Shown in pieces: positions 1-8,914 of a DNA stretch of 32,000 bases (within the stretch, counting starts at the first letter, position 1; every line of letters begins with the position of its first letter). A program made the position numbers and the translations under genes. The notes under the pieces were generated by a model, which did no database searches, had not been told where the DNA came from, and worked only from the letters and a program-made list of their open reading frames with translations. This stretch comes from an uncultured Alphaproteobacteria bacterium (GTDB taxonomy: Bacteria > Pseudomonadota > Alphaproteobacteria > Rhizobiales > Xanthobacteraceae): contig CAVZSC010000005.1 in assembly GCA_963777755.1 (NCBI GenBank), positions 30,933 to 62,932 on the forward strand. Direction: 5' to 3'.

Positions 1-134
1 CGGCCTGAACAAAGAAATTTCAAAGATATGCGGCAGCCCCGACTTGTCCGTGAAATAACGAAGGGTTGAGTACTCCATCAAAGCTACACGTATTTTCCCG
101 GCTTGAACTTCTTCCGGGTCCAGGGAATCAATAA

Positions 135-149
135 GAACAAACCATGAAC
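135..149 (+). promoter_or_regulatory. SOS (LexA) box of the alphaproteobacterial GAAC-N7-GAAC type, upstream of imuA
   Basis: Read directly: GAAC(135-138) aaaccat GAAC(146-149). The GAAC-N7-GAAC direct repeat (GTTC-N7-GTTC on the other strand) is the established LexA operator of Rhizobiales/Rhodobacterales. imuA-imuB-dnaE2 cassettes are classic LexA regulon members. Only one copy seen; no binding data. Confidence 0.7.
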
Positions 150-170
150 ATAAACCCATCGGAGATCGCC

Positions 171-1013
171 ATGCGAGCCTCTGCGGCCGCGAACGGCTGG
201 GCCGCACACGGCTGGGCCACGGATGGCCTGGGCGCGCTCAAACGCCAGATCGCCGCGATCGAAGGCGCGCAGGCGACCTGCGAGGATACACGCGCGCTGC
301 CGTTGGGTATCACCGGCGTCGACGCGGCGCTGGGCGGCGGCCTCAAACTCGGCGCAACCCATGAGATCGCGCCGGCCAGCCCGCTCCATCGCGGCGCCAC
401 CTTCGCCTTCGCGCTGGGGCTAGCCTGCCAGGCGTGCAAACATGGCCACGCCGACACGGTGGTGTGGATCGAGACGCCGTTCGCGGCCGCCGAGACCGGC
501 AGGCCTTATGGCATCGGCCTCGAGAGCTTTGGGCTTGCGCTCCCACATGTGCTCGTCGTGCGCGTGTCGCAGCCGATCGATGCCCTATGGGCGATGGAGG
601 AGGCGCTTCTCTGCCGCGGCGTCGCGGCGGTCATCGCCGAGGTGACGGAAGAGCTCGCGCTCACCGCGTCACGTCGCCTCTCGCTCGCCGTTCGCCACGG
701 CGGCGGATTGGGCCTTCTGGTGCGCCATCGCGTCTCGCCGCTGCCGCACGCCGTGCTCACGCGATGGCAGGTCGCAGCCGCCCGCAGCCCCCCCGACGCC
801 CATGGCGGCCTCGGAGCTGCGGCCTTCGACCTCTCGCTCACCAAGAACCGCCATGGCCCATGCGGCCGCTGGACCATCCTGTGGGACCATCATGAACGCC
901 TCTTCGTCGACCCGGCGCTATCTGTCGATGTGGCTCAGGTGGCTTTCGACCGACCGGATCGCCCGCGCTTGCACGCTGGGCGCTCACGCGCCGGGCGCCT
1001 ACGCGCCGGATGA
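171..1013 (+). CDS. imuA: ImuA, RecA-fold accessory protein of the SOS mutagenesis cassette
   Basis: Same frame as ORF-track 144..1013. I prefer ATG 171 because GGAGA (161-165) lies 5 nt upstream. ATG 144 has no SD and sits inside the LexA box. It is the first gene of a cassette directly followed by imuB and dnaE2. The 3' end overlaps imuB by 122 nt. Confidence 0.8.
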   Translation: MRASAAANGWAAHGWATDGLGALKRQIAAIEGAQATCEDTRALPLGITGVDAALGGGLKLGATHEIAPASPLHRGATFAFALGLACQACKHGHADTVVWIETPFAAAETGRPYGIGLESFGLALPHVLVVRVSQPIDALWAMEEALLCRGVAAVIAEVTEELALTASRRLSLAVRHGGGLGLLVRHRVSPLPHAVLTRWQVAAARSPPDAHGGLGAAAFDLSLTKNRHGPCGRWTILWDHHERLFVDPALSVDVAQVAFDRPDRPRLHAGRSRAGRLRAG

Positions 1014-2484
1014 TGCGCTGGTGGTGGCCGCGCCGATCAAGTCGGCGCTGCGCCTCACGGCGGTGAACGCAGTGGCTTCAGCCCTCGGGCTGAAGCCCGG
1101 CATGGCGCTGGCCGACGCGCGCGCCATGCATCCGCGGCTCAAGGCGGTCGACGCCGATCCGCTCGCCGACCGGCAATTCCTCGAAGCCGTCGCCGACTGG
1201 TGCGACCGCTATACGCCGCTCGTCGGGCTGCATCCCCCCGACGGCTTGATCCTCGACATTTCCGGCTGTGCGCATCTGTTCGGCGGCGAGGTCCGCCTCT
1301 GCGGCGACCTCGTGCGCCGCCTGCGCCTATGCGGTGTTCAGGCACGCGCCGCTGTCGCCGACACCGTCGGCTGCGCCTGGGCGATGGCGCATTACGGCGA
1401 CGACGGCTGCATCATCCCGCCCGGCGTTGCGCGCGACGTGCTTGCTCCTCTGCCGGTTGCTGCCCTGCGGCTGGCGCCCGACACCGTGATGTTGCTCGGC
1501 GAGGTCGGCTTGAAACGCGTGGCCGACCTGCTCGATCGTCCACGCGCCGCGCTGACCGCCCGCTTCGGCGCCGAGCTGATCTGGCGCCTCGACCAGGCCT
1601 TAGGGCGCGACGACGAGTCGATTACGCCGCGTCGGCCCCTGCCCTGCTACGTCGCCGAGCAGCGCTTCGCCGATCCGATCGCGCTCGAGCGCGACGTGCG
1701 CGGCACCATCGGGCGGCTCGGACAGCGCGTCGAGCGCACGCTGACGCAGCACGGCGAAGGGGCGCGGCTCCTCGAAATCGCCCTGTACCGGGTCGACGGG
1801 AAGGTGCTGCGGCTCTCGGCCGCCACCAGCCGGGCGATCCGCGCCGCCGCATTGATGCGCCGCCTGTTCGCCGAGCGCCTGACCGCGCTCGGCGACGAGC
1901 ACGATCCCGGCTTCGGTTTCGACATGATCCGCCTCTCGGTCGTCGTCGCGGAGCGGCTCGATGACGTGCAGACCGGATTTGGCGCAGGCGTTGCCGGCGC
2001 CGGCACGCCCGACCACCGGGAAGAGCTCGCCCAGCTGGTCGACCGGCTCGGCGCACGCCTCGGCTTTCGTTGCGTGCTGCGCATCGCGCCGCACGACACG
2101 CATATTCCGGAATTCGCCGCGGTCGAGGTGCGGGCCGACGACGGACGGGCAGAGGATGACTCGTCCGTCGAGCGTCCTGCGCCGCTCATGCTCCGTCCCA
2201 TAAAACTGTTCGCCCGGCCCGAGCCGATCGAAGCGGTGGCGGAAGTGCCCGACGGCCCGCCCGTGCGCTTCCGCTGGCGCCATGTGCTGCACGAGGTGGC
2301 GGCGGCCGAGGGACCCGAGCGTCTCGCCATGGAATGGTGGCGCGACGATGCCGGCCGCACGCTGACACGCGATTATTTCCGCATCGAAAGCCGCGAGGGC
2401 GCACGCTTCTGGCTCTATCGCGAAGGCCTCTACACGCGCGAGGTCGCGCAGCCGCGCTGGTTCCTGCACGGATTGTTCGGATGA
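892..2484 (+). CDS. imuB: ImuB, Y-family DNA polymerase-like protein
   Basis: N-terminus MNASSSTRRYLSMWLRWLSTDR matches the conserved RRYLSLWLP.W.TDR start of ImuB. ATG 892 is the only ATG upstream of that motif within ORF 802..2484. Stop TGA 2482-2484 overlaps the dnaE2 ATG (ATGA). Confidence 0.88.
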   Translation: MNASSSTRRYLSMWLRWLSTDRIARACTLGAHAPGAYAPDDALVVAAPIKSALRLTAVNAVASALGLKPGMALADARAMHPRLKAVDADPLADRQFLEAVADWCDRYTPLVGLHPPDGLILDISGCAHLFGGEVRLCGDLVRRLRLCGVQARAAVADTVGCAWAMAHYGDDGCIIPPGVARDVLAPLPVAALRLAPDTVMLLGEVGLKRVADLLDRPRAALTARFGAELIWRLDQALGRDDESITPRRPLPCYVAEQRFADPIALERDVRGTIGRLGQRVERTLTQHGEGARLLEIALYRVDGKVLRLSAATSRAIRAAALMRRLFAERLTALGDEHDPGFGFDMIRLSVVVAERLDDVQTGFGAGVAGAGTPDHREELAQLVDRLGARLGFRCVLRIAPHDTHIPEFAAVEVRADDGRAEDDSSVERPAPLMLRPIKLFARPEPIEAVAEVPDGPPVRFRWRHVLHEVAAAEGPERLAMEWWRDDAGRTLTRDYFRIESREGARFWLYREGLYTREVAQPRWFLHGLFG

Positions 2485-5400
2485 CCTGCGCCGAGCTCGC
2501 CGTCACCACCAATTTCTCCTTCCTGCGCGGCGCCTCGCATCCGGAGGAGCTGGTGACCCGCGCCAAGGCGCTCGGGCTTTCCGGGCTCGGCATCACCGAC
2601 CGCAACACGGTGGCGGGCGTCGTGCGCGCCCATGTGGCGGCCAAGGAAGCAGGCCTGAGGCTCGCGGTCGGCGCGCGCCTCGTCTTCGCCGACGGCACGC
2701 CCGATATCCTCGCCTATCCGCGGGATCGCGTCGCCTGGGGGCGGCTCACGCGTCTGCTCTCGCTCGGCAAGCTGCGCACCGACAAGGGCGAATGCATTCT
2801 TCGCATCGACGACCTGCTGGCGCACGTCGAGGGGCTCAACCTCGTGGTGATGCCGGGAGTTTTGGTCACCTCTTCCCGCTTGCCAGGGGAGAGGGTGACG
2901 TCCCTCCTTCGCACCATGCGTACCATGGCGCCGCGCGCGGTGTGGCTTGCGGCCAGCATGCTCTATCGCGGCGACGATGCGCGCCGCCTGGCCCGGCTCA
3001 AGGCGATTGCCGCGGAAGCGAGCGTGCCGCTGATCGCCGTCGGGGATGTGCTCTATCATGTGCCCGAGCGCCGGCCGCTGCAGGACGTCGTCACCTGCAT
3101 CCGCGAGCACGTGACGATCGATCAGGCCGGCCGGCGGCTCGAAGCCAATGCCGAGCGCCACCTGAAAGCGCCGGAGGAGATGGCTCGGCTGTTCCGCGCC
3201 GCGCCGAACGCGCTCGCCGAGACCGAGCGGCTGATCGAGCGTTGCGGCTTCTCGCTCGATGCGCTCAAGACAACCGAATATCCCGACGAGACGCGTCAGG
3301 GCTATGCGACGCCGCAGGACGCGCTCGTCGCCTTCGCGGAGGAGGGCGTCGCTAAGCGCTATCCGGGCGAAATTCCTGCCAAGGTCCGCCATGCCCTGAA
3401 CGAAGAGCTCAGACTGATCGGCGAGCTCGGCTACGCGCCGTTCTTCCTTACCGTGCATGAGATCGTCCGCTTCGCCCGTTCCCAAGGCATCCTGTGCCAG
3501 GGGCGCGGCTCGGCAGCGAACTCGGTCATCTGCTATTGCCTCGGCATCACCGAGGTCGATCCCGATCGCATCGACCTGTTGTTCGAGCGCTTCGTCTCGG
3601 CCGAGCGGCGCGAGCCGCCCGACATCGACGTCGATTTCGAGCATGAGCGGCGTGAAGAGGTGATCCAGCACATCTATCGGCAATATGGCCGCGAGCGCGC
3701 CGGCCTCGCCGCCACCGTGATCTGCTACCGCGGCCGCAGCGCCATCCGCGAGGTCGGCAAGGCGTTCGGCCTCTCCGGCGACACGATCGGCGCGCTCGCC
3801 GGCACCCTGTGGGGCTGGTCGATGCAGGGCGTCACGGAAAACGAGGCGCAGCGGGTCGGGCTCGACGCCACCGATCCGCGGCTCGCCAAGGCGATCGCGC
3901 TCGCCCGCGAGCTGAGCGGCTTCCCGCGCCATCTCTCCCAGCATGTCGGCGGCTTCGTCATCACCCGCTCGCGCCTCGACGAGGTGGTGCCGATCGAGAA
4001 CGCCGCCATGGAGGAGCGCACCGTCATCGAGTGGGACAAGGACGACCTCAACGAAGTGGGCCTGCTCAAGGTCGACGTGCTCGGGCTTGGCATGCTGTCC
4101 TGCCTGCGCCGGTCGTTCGATCTCTTGCGTGCGCACTATGGCGAGACGCGCACACTGTCCGTGCAGGACGAGGATCCGGCGGTCTACGACATGATCAAGC
4201 GCGCCGACACGATCGGCGTGTTCCAGATCGAGAGCCGCGCGCAGATGTCGATGCTGCCGCGGCTGCGCCCTGACAAATTCTACGATCTCGTCATCGAGGT
4301 CGCCATCGTGCGGCCGGGACCGATCCAGGGCGACATGGTGCATCCCTATCTGCGCCGCCGGCAGGGCCTCGAGCCGGTCAACTACGAATCCGCCGAACTG
4401 GAGGCGGTGCTGAAGAAGACGCTCGGCGTGCCGCTGTTCCAGGAGCAGGCGATGCGCATCGCCATCGTGGCGGCAGGCTTCACGCCCGCCGAGGCGGACA
4501 AGCTGCGGCGCGCCATGGCGACCTTCAAGCGGGTCGGCACCATCGCCTACTTTCGCGACAAGCTGGTCGACGGCATGGTGGCGAAAGGCTACCGGCGCGA
4601 GTTTGCCGAGCGCTGCTTCAGCCAGATCGAGGGCTTTGGCGAGTACGGCTTCCCCGAGAGCCATGCGGCGAGCTTCGCCAACCTGGTCTACGCCTCGGCC
4701 TGGATCAAATGCCGCTACCCGGATGTGTTCGCCGCCGCCCTCCTCAACAGCCAGCCCATGGGCTTCTACGCGCCGGCGCAGATCGTGCGCGACGCCCAGG
4801 ACCATGGGGTCGAGATCCGTCCGGTGGACGTGAATTTCTCCTGCTGGGACTGCACGCTGGAGGATTGCTCCATCCCTCCCCCGCAGGGGGAGGGTGGCCG
4901 TGCGAAGCACGGCCGGGTGGGGCTCCACCCTCGCCACGCCGAAATGCAGGGCGACATCCGCACCACCCGCGCGGTGCGGCTCGGCTTCCGCCAGATCAGC
5001 GGCGCATCCGAGGAGCCGTGGAAGGTGATCGAGCAGGTGCGTAGGGCTTCTGTCGTCGAGCAGGCAGGAAGTGAACCGCCTCGCGCGCGTCTTGCGTTCC
5101 CTCCCCCCTTGTGGGGGAGGGACAGGGAGGGGGGTGCGCCGCAAACTCTGAGTCCAGAAGTAGCCCCCCTCCCCAACCCTCCCCCACAAGGGGGGAGGGA
5201 GCAGGCAGAGCAAGTCGCACCGCCTGCGCCAAACCTCACGCCCCCCTCCCCGCGCAGAGAGACAAAATTCGACTCCATCCGCGATTTCTGGCTGCGCACG
5301 CGGCTGCCGCCGTCGGCGCTGGAGCGCCTCGCTGCCGCCGATGCGTTCCGCTCGCTCGGGCTCGACCGTCGCGCCGCCTTATGGGCGGTGCGCGCGCTAC

Positions 5401-6065
5401 GCCGCACCGGCGACAAGGACGACCTGCCGCTGTTCGCTGCGGTTGCGATGCCGGAGCTCGAGCCCGATGCGGCCCTGCCGCCGATGCCGCTCGGCGAGCA
5501 TGTGATCGCGGACTATCGCCACCTGCATCTCTCGCTGAAAGCGCATCCGGTCTCCTTCCTGCGCGGCGAGCTCGATCGCCGCGGCATCGTGCGCCACGAG
5601 TGCCTCGGGACGCTCTCGTCCGGCCGCGTCGTCACGATCGCCGGCCTGGTGCTGGTGCGCCAGCGGCCCGGCAGCGCCCAGGGGGTGATCTTCATGACCC
5701 TCGAGGACGAGACCGGCATCGCCAACACCATCGTGTGGCCAAAGGTGTTCGAGATCTTCCGTCCCGTAGTGCTCGGCGCGCGGCTCATCAGCGTCACCGG
5801 CAAGCTGCAGAACGAGCAGGGCGTGATCCACGTGGTGGCGCACCGGCTCGACGACCTCTCGCACCTGCTGCGCCGCCTCGCCGACACGACGTTCACCGAG
5901 GCGCTCGCCCATGTGGACGAAGTCCGCCGCCCGATCGACGACCGTACCCCGCGCCAGGGCGCCCGCAAGCTCGCCCGGCTGATCAAGGAGGAGCCGGGCC
6001 TGCTCGGCGAATTCGCCCCCGCCTCGCCCGCCGCCGTCATGCCCAAGGGGCGGAATTTTCATTGA
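2481..6065 (+). CDS. dnaE2: DnaE2, error-prone DNA polymerase III alpha-subunit paralogue (1194 aa)
   Basis: Starts [24 protein letters not shown] (PHP domain). Pol III alpha core motifs are present: [25 protein letters not shown]. There is a C-terminal OB-fold region and the protein ends GRNFH. ATG 2481 is coupled to the imuB stop. The ORF-track start 2334 is an upstream extension. Confidence 0.95.
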   Translation: MTCAELAVTTNFSFLRGASHPEELVTRAKALGLSGLGITDRNTVAGVVRAHVAAKEAGLRLAVGARLVFADGTPDILAYPRDRVAWGRLTRLLSLGKLRTDKGECILRIDDLLAHVEGLNLVVMPGVLVTSSRLPGERVTSLLRTMRTMAPRAVWLAASMLYRGDDARRLARLKAIAAEASVPLIAVGDVLYHVPERRPLQDVVTCIREHVTIDQAGRRLEANAERHLKAPEEMARLFRAAPNALAETERLIERCGFSLDALKTTEYPDETRQGYATPQDALVAFAEEGVAKRYPGEIPAKVRHALNEELRLIGELGYAPFFLTVHEIVRFARSQGILCQGRGSAANSVICYCLGITEVDPDRIDLLFERFVSAERREPPDIDVDFEHERREEVIQHIYRQYGRERAGLAATVICYRGRSAIREVGKAFGLSGDTIGALAGTLWGWSMQGVTENEAQRVGLDATDPRLAKAIALARELSGFPRHLSQHVGGFVITRSRLDEVVPIENAAMEERTVIEWDKDDLNEVGLLKVDVLGLGMLSCLRRSFDLLRAHYGETRTLSVQDEDPAVYDMIKRADTIGVFQIESRAQMSMLPRLRPDKFYDLVIEVAIVRPGPIQGDMVHPYLRRRQGLEPVNYESAELEAVLKKTLGVPLFQEQAMRIAIVAAGFTPAEADKLRRAMATFKRVGTIAYFRDKLVDGMVAKGYRREFAERCFSQIEGFGEYGFPESHAASFANLVYASAWIKCRYPDVFAAALLNSQPMGFYAPAQIVRDAQDHGVEIRPVDVNFSCWDCTLEDCSIPPPQGEGGRAKHGRVGLHPRHAEMQGDIRTTRAVRLGFRQISGASEEPWKVIEQVRRASVVEQAGSEPPRARLAFPPPLWGRDREGGAPQTLSPEVAPLPNPPPQGGREQAEQVAPPAPNLTPPSPRRETKFDSIRDFWLRTRLPPSALERLAAADAFRSLGLDRRAALWAVRALRRTGDKDDLPLFAAVAMPELEPDAALPPMPLGEHVIADYRHLHLSLKAHPVSFLRGELDRRGIVRHECLGTLSSGRVVTIAGLVLVRQRPGSAQGVIFMTLEDETGIANTIVWPKVFEIFRPVVLGARLISVTGKLQNEQGVIHVVAHRLDDLSHLLRRLADTTFTEALAHVDEVRRPIDDRTPRQGARKLARLIKEEPGLLGEFAPASPAAVMPKGRNFH
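2865..2899. repeat. Degenerate GC-rich palindromic (REP-like) unit inside dnaE2
   Basis: gtcacctcttccc gcttgcca ggggagagggtgac: arms pair over about 12 of 13 positions with one bulge. The sequence style (ccctc.../...gaggg) matches the units at 4874-4930 and 5097-5201. Encodes ...[13 protein letters not shown]... Confidence 0.4.
4874..4930. repeat. Triple-hairpin GC-rich palindromic unit, in frame within dnaE2
   Basis: Three consecutive perfect stems read directly. ccctccccc-gca-gggggaggg (4874-4894); ggccgtgc-gaa-gcacggcc (4896-4914); gggtgg-ggct-ccaccc (4915-4930). As delimited, 57 nt = 19 codons, encoding [19 protein letters not shown]. Confidence 0.75.
5097..5201. repeat. MITE-like composite: two 39-nt inverted arms, each itself a hairpin, around a 27-nt core, in frame within dnaE2
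   Basis: Arm 5097-5135 (ttccctccccccttgtgggggagggacagggaggggggt) matches the reverse complement of 5163-5201 at 34 of 39 positions by hand alignment. Each arm holds a ccctccccc/gggggaggg hairpin (5099-5121 and 5177-5199). As delimited, 105 nt = 35 codons. Encodes [12 protein letters not shown]...[10 protein letters not shown]. Confidence 0.75.
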
Positions 6066-6156
6066 ACGAAGGGAGAGCCTATCGGCGGTACCCGCTTGCG
6101 GAGCGCCGCCAAAATGTCGACCATGCTCACCAATCAATACGCGAGGGAGAGCACCC

Positions 6157-6882
6157 ATGAACACCCGCAAATATGCCGCCGAGGCCATTGGCACGTTCTG
6201 GCTGACGTTCGGAGGCTGCGGCAGCGCCGTGATTGCGTCGGGATTTCCACAGGTCGGCATCGGACTGCTCGGCGTCTCGCTGGCGTTCGGACTGACCGTC
6301 GTCACCATGGCCTACGCGATCGGCCACATCTCCGGATGCCATCTCAACCCGGCCGTTACCGTCGGGCTGGCAGCCGGCGGCCGCTTTCCGACCAACGAGA
6401 TCCTGCCCTACATCATCTCGCAGGTGATCGGGGCCATCGTCGGTGCCGCGGTGCTCTACCTGATTGCCCGTGGCAAAGCCGACTTCAGCCTCGCCAAGGG
6501 GTTCGCCGCCAACGGCTTCGGCTCCCACTCGCCGGGCGGATACAACATGGGCGCCGCTCTCCTCGCTGAGTTCGTGCTGACGATGATGTTCCTGTTCATC
6601 ATCATGGGCTCCACCCACGGCAAGGCGCCGGCCGGCTTCGCGCCGCTCGCCATCGGCCTCGGCCTCACCCTCATTCATCTCATCAGCATCCCGGTCACCA
6701 ACACCTCGGTGAACCCGGCGCGCAGCACCGGTCCCGCGCTGTTCGTCGGCGGCTGGGCGCTGCAGCAATTGTGGCTGTTCTGGGTGGCGCCGCTGATCGG
6801 CGGAGCAATCGGCGGCTTTGCCTACCGCTGGCTCAGCGAGGAACCCTCCGAACCGGTCACCGGAACGGCGAAGCCGGTGTGA
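6157..6882 (+). CDS. aqpZ: Aquaporin Z (MIP family water channel)
   Basis: 241 aa. N-terminus [21 protein letters not shown] and two NPA boxes ([13 protein letters not shown]). SD GAGGGAGA at 6143-6150. Confidence 0.95.
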   Translation: MNTRKYAAEAIGTFWLTFGGCGSAVIASGFPQVGIGLLGVSLAFGLTVVTMAYAIGHISGCHLNPAVTVGLAAGGRFPTNEILPYIISQVIGAIVGAAVLYLIARGKADFSLAKGFAANGFGSHSPGGYNMGAALLAEFVLTMMFLFIIMGSTHGKAPAGFAPLAIGLGLTLIHLISIPVTNTSVNPARSTGPALFVGGWALQQLWLFWVAPLIGGAIGGFAYRWLSEEPSEPVTGTAKPV

Positions 6883-6891
6883 GGCATGCGG

Positions 6892-6913
6892 GGGCGGAGC
6901 CGCTACTCCGCCC
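6892..6913. terminator. Candidate bidirectional hairpin between convergent aqpZ and the transglutaminase-like gene
   Basis: gggcggag (6892-6899), loop ccgcta, ctccgccc (6906-6913): 8-bp GC stem. It overlaps the stop of the minus-strand gene. No U-tract. Confidence 0.35.
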
Positions 6914-7775
6914 GCACTCGCACGTCGACATCCATGCCGATGTAGCTGGAAGGTTCGCCGTACCAGGTTCCGGACAGCGGCACGGCCTGGCTCGGATCGC
7001 GCGCCACCGCCACGCGGATCAGATCACGATTGCCGACGATACCGTTGGTCGGATCGAACTCCATCCAGCCGGCGCCGGGCAGATAGACCTGAACCCAGGC
7101 GTGGGTGGAGCTGCCGCCCACATGGCGCGGGCCGTCACGGCTGGCGACGTACAGGTAGCCGGACACGAAACGTGCCGCGAGATCGAGCGAGCGCACCGCC
7201 TCGATCATGAGGAGCGCGAGATCGCGGCACGAGCCGCGCTTGAGCCTGAGCGTCAGCGCCGGATCGCGTGTCCCCGGCTCATAGCGCCGCTCGTAGCTGA
7301 AGCCGTCCTGGATCGCACGGGTCAGCGTCATCAGGAGCGCGGCCGTGTCGGTCGCCCGCCCGTGCTGGAGGAACTTGCGCACCCAGCGGTAGACTTCCTG
7401 ATCCGGGTCGGAGTACTGGCGCTGGATCGCCGGAACGAGGTCGGGCATCTCCTCCGCTCGGTACGAGAACGGATAGGTCCTGGCGTAGTCCTCGATCCGG
7501 AAATCGGGAACGTTGGCAAAGGAATGGTCGAGACGAATCTGGCTCTCGAACCTCAGCTCGCCCGCTTCCCCGTCGAACTCCGCGATGGCGACGCAATTGC
7601 CGAACGGATCGTGCACCCAACGCACGCTGCTCGGCTCGGGCGTGACGGCGAGCGTCGCCGCGATGAGCTTCTGGTCGTAGCTGTCGCGCGGCCGGAACAT
7701 GATGCGATGTTGGCCGAACGAGACCGGCCGCCGGTACCGGTAGGTCGTGACGTGAGTTACTGTAAGGACGGTCAT
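6903..7775 (-). CDS. Transglutaminase-like cysteine protease family protein with Bact_transglu_N-type N-terminus
   Basis: Starts MTVLTVTHVTTYRYRRPV. Catalytic-triad contexts are RGSCRDLA (Cys), THAWVQVY (His) and EFDPTNG (Asp). ATG 7775 chosen; the ORF-track start 7916 adds 47 low-complexity residues and would run across the boxR promoter region. Confidence 0.85.
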   Translation of the reverse strand: MTVLTVTHVTTYRYRRPVSFGQHRIMFRPRDSYDQKLIAATLAVTPEPSSVRWVHDPFGNCVAIAEFDGEAGELRFESQIRLDHSFANVPDFRIEDYARTYPFSYRAEEMPDLVPAIQRQYSDPDQEVYRWVRKFLQHGRATDTAALLMTLTRAIQDGFSYERRYEPGTRDPALTLRLKRGSCRDLALLMIEAVRSLDLAARFVSGYLYVASRDGPRHVGGSSTHAWVQVYLPGAGWMEFDPTNGIVGNRDLIRVAVARDPSQAVPLSGTWYGEPSSYIGMDVDVRVRAE

Positions 7776-7907
7776 CGGCAAGGCGGCCCGGGGCGGGCCT
7801 TTAATCTGACATGGCGCGGGGCCGTTCGCCAAAGGCCCGGCCGCGGACAACGCAGACCCGCGTCCATCCCCGGCCTTGACCCGCGAAGCCCCTGGCGCTT
7901 CTCGGCA

Positions 7908-7927
7908 ATCATGCATTATAATGCAGG
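7908..7927. promoter_or_regulatory. Candidate BoxR/BzdR operator overlapping a consensus -10 box, upstream of boxR
   Basis: Perfect 14-bp palindrome TGCATTATAATGCA at 7912-7925, flanked by atc/gat. It contains TATAAT (7917-7922) 22 nt before the boxR ATG. 17 of 20 positions are shared with 8915-8934. BzdR-type operators are known to be built from TGCA repeats inside palindromes. Confidence 0.6.
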
Positions 7928-7943
7928 ATCGCCCGAGGTGAAA

Positions 7944-8870
7944 ATGGCCGACCGCGCCGAGCTATCCGCCCTCGCAGACCCCGACGACCTGGGCCCCTAT
8001 CTCGCCCGGCTGGGCGAGCGCGTGCGCATCCTGCGCACCCGGCGCGGCATGTCGCGAAAGGCGCTGGCGAAGCATTCGGACGTGTCCGAGCGCTACCTGG
8101 CGCAGCTCGAGGGGGGCACCGGCAACTGCTCGGTCGTGCTGCTGCGCCGCATCGCCCGGGCGCTGAGCGTGCCGCTGGCCGAGCTCGTCGATGATCGTCC
8201 CGATCGCTCGGTCGAGAGCCTCATGGTGATGCAGCTGATCGACCGCCTGGCGCCGGACGAAGTCGCCGAGGCAAGCGAGTTCCTGCGCCGGCGCTTCGGC
8301 GGGACGACGGCCGCGATGCGGCGAGGCCGCATCGCCCTGATCGGCCTGCGCGGCGGCGGCAAATCGACGCTCGGCCGGCTGCTGGCGGCCGAGCTCGAAG
8401 CGCCCTTCATCGAGCTCGACCGCGAGGTCGAGCGCGAGAGCGGCATGGCGCTCGGCGAATTGTTCGAGATGTTGGGCCAGCAGACGTTTCGCCGGATGGA
8501 GCGGGCGGCGCTGGAGAAAGTGCTGGCGCGCCATCCTGGTTTCGTGCTGGCGACCGGTGGCGGGCTGGTCACCGAGCCGGGCACCTTCGAGCTCCTGCTC
8601 GCCTCCTGCTTCACCGTCTGGGTGCGCGCGGCGCCCGCGGATCACATGAGCCGCGTCCTGCAGCAGGGGGATCTGCGCCCGATATCCGGCCATGCGCGGG
8701 CGATGGACGATCTCGTCGCGATTCTCAAAAGCCGCGAGCCGCTTTACGCCAAGGCCGACGTGACGCTCGAGACCACGGGGCACACCCCGCCCCAGGCCTT
8801 GCGCAAGCTGGTCCGGCTGGTGCGACCGACGGCAGCCGCCGAGGATCGTCAGCCGGTCGATGCGCGTTGA
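7944..8870 (+). CDS. boxR: BzdR/BoxR-type transcriptional regulator (XRE HTH fused to a shikimate-kinase-like domain)
   Basis: 308 aa. HTH region RGMSRKALAKHSDVSERYLAQLEGGTGNCSVVLLRRIARAL, plus a C-terminal P-loop GLRGGGKST with an SK-like fold. This fusion is the hallmark of the benzoyl-CoA-sensing repressors BzdR/BoxR. It lies directly upstream of boxC-boxB. The ORF-track ORF 6771..8870 is an upstream extension antisense to the transglutaminase-like gene. Confidence 0.8.
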   Translation: MADRAELSALADPDDLGPYLARLGERVRILRTRRGMSRKALAKHSDVSERYLAQLEGGTGNCSVVLLRRIARALSVPLAELVDDRPDRSVESLMVMQLIDRLAPDEVAEASEFLRRRFGGTTAAMRRGRIALIGLRGGGKSTLGRLLAAELEAPFIELDREVERESGMALGELFEMLGQQTFRRMERAALEKVLARHPGFVLATGGGLVTEPGTFELLLASCFTVWVRAAPADHMSRVLQQGDLRPISGHARAMDDLVAILKSREPLYAKADVTLETTGHTPPQALRKLVRLVRPTAAAEDRQPVDAR

Positions 8871-8914
8871 AGCAGGATGGCTGCGCCGCCAAATTGGTCC
8901 TGGCCATCCCAGGC

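Noticed and set aside
1-78. Possible 5' end of a minus-strand gene (MEYSTLRYFTDKSGLPHIFEISLFRP...) running off the window start, divergent from imuA
   Set aside because: Only 26 codons are visible and no family is recognisable, so there is too little evidence to call a feature.
4874-5201. Possibility that the repeated palindromes are a CRISPR array
   Set aside because: There are only three units, with unequal lengths and spacings, partly in inverted orientation, all inside an intact conserved ORF. No cas genes are present.
2430-5213. 927-aa ORF on the minus strand, antisense to dnaE2
   Set aside because: It lies entirely within the well-supported dnaE2 frame. The product is Arg/Ala/Gly-rich and low in complexity, with no recognisable motifs. 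Long antisense ORFs are expected at this GC content. Its N-terminus is just the mirror translation of the palindromic repeats.
6771-7943. 5' extension of the boxR ORF (ORF-track 6771..8870, 699 aa)
   Set aside because: The first approximately 390 codons are antisense to the motif-rich transglutaminase-like gene and have no features of their own. The BoxR homology starts at MADRAEL (7944), which has an SD.
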